From NCBI GenBank assembly GCA_965203175.1, contig OZ241867.1:1600001-1664000 (forward strand): a stretch of 64,000 bases of DNA. The letters are read 5' to 3'. The first letter of the stretch is position 1; each line of letters opens with the position of its first letter. The notes beneath the pieces were generated by a model, which was not told the origin of the DNA, made no database searches, and worked only from the letters and a program-made list of their open reading frames with translations. Below, piece after piece: positions 63,964 to 64,000 of this stretch. The DNA is from Candidatus Latescibacterota bacterium. GTDB taxonomy: Bacteria > Latescibacterota > UBA2968 > UBA8231. The translations under genes were made by a program, and so were the position numbers.

Positions 63964-64000
63964 GGGATCTCCTCAGTTATTCGCGCAACAGCGCGACCAA

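Overview
This is a GC-rich bacterial chromosomal window with about 55 genes, mostly catabolic. It holds five PhyH-type Fe/2OG dioxygenases, two enolase-superfamily enzymes, two lactonases, two sugar-phosphate epimerases, several glycosidase-like proteins, a DUF4159-like protein and two secreted proteins ending in FlgD-Ig domains. That mix resembles Candidatus Latescibacterota/Poribacteria-like marine or sponge-associated lineages (inference). Housekeeping genes are hrpA, an orphan rpoZ, a CdaA-YbbR fusion, a nfeD-nfeD-floA operon ending in tRNA-Leu(CAA), and an RND efflux system whose TolC is fused to a substrate-binding-protein-like domain. Three accessory islets stand out. (1) 2.6-5.9 kb is the best candidate for an undescribed system: a translationally coupled operon of XRE repressor, IrrE/CapP-like metallopeptidase, double-zinc-ribbon HEPN protein and DUF2188, with a divergent standalone GIY-YIG nuclease and a shared inverted-repeat operator. 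It looks like a protease-gated, DNA-damage-inducible RNase plus DNase toxin or defence module. (2) 36.4-37.7 kb holds an Xre-RES toxin-antitoxin pair and an unannotated 52-aa membrane peptide with a duplicated helix, beside the tRNA 3' end. (3) 61.2-62.8 kb holds a chimeric HicB-VapB-like antitoxin and a truncated PIN toxin. No CRISPR array, rRNA, integrase or transposase was seen. All family calls come from reading motifs by eye, with no database searches.
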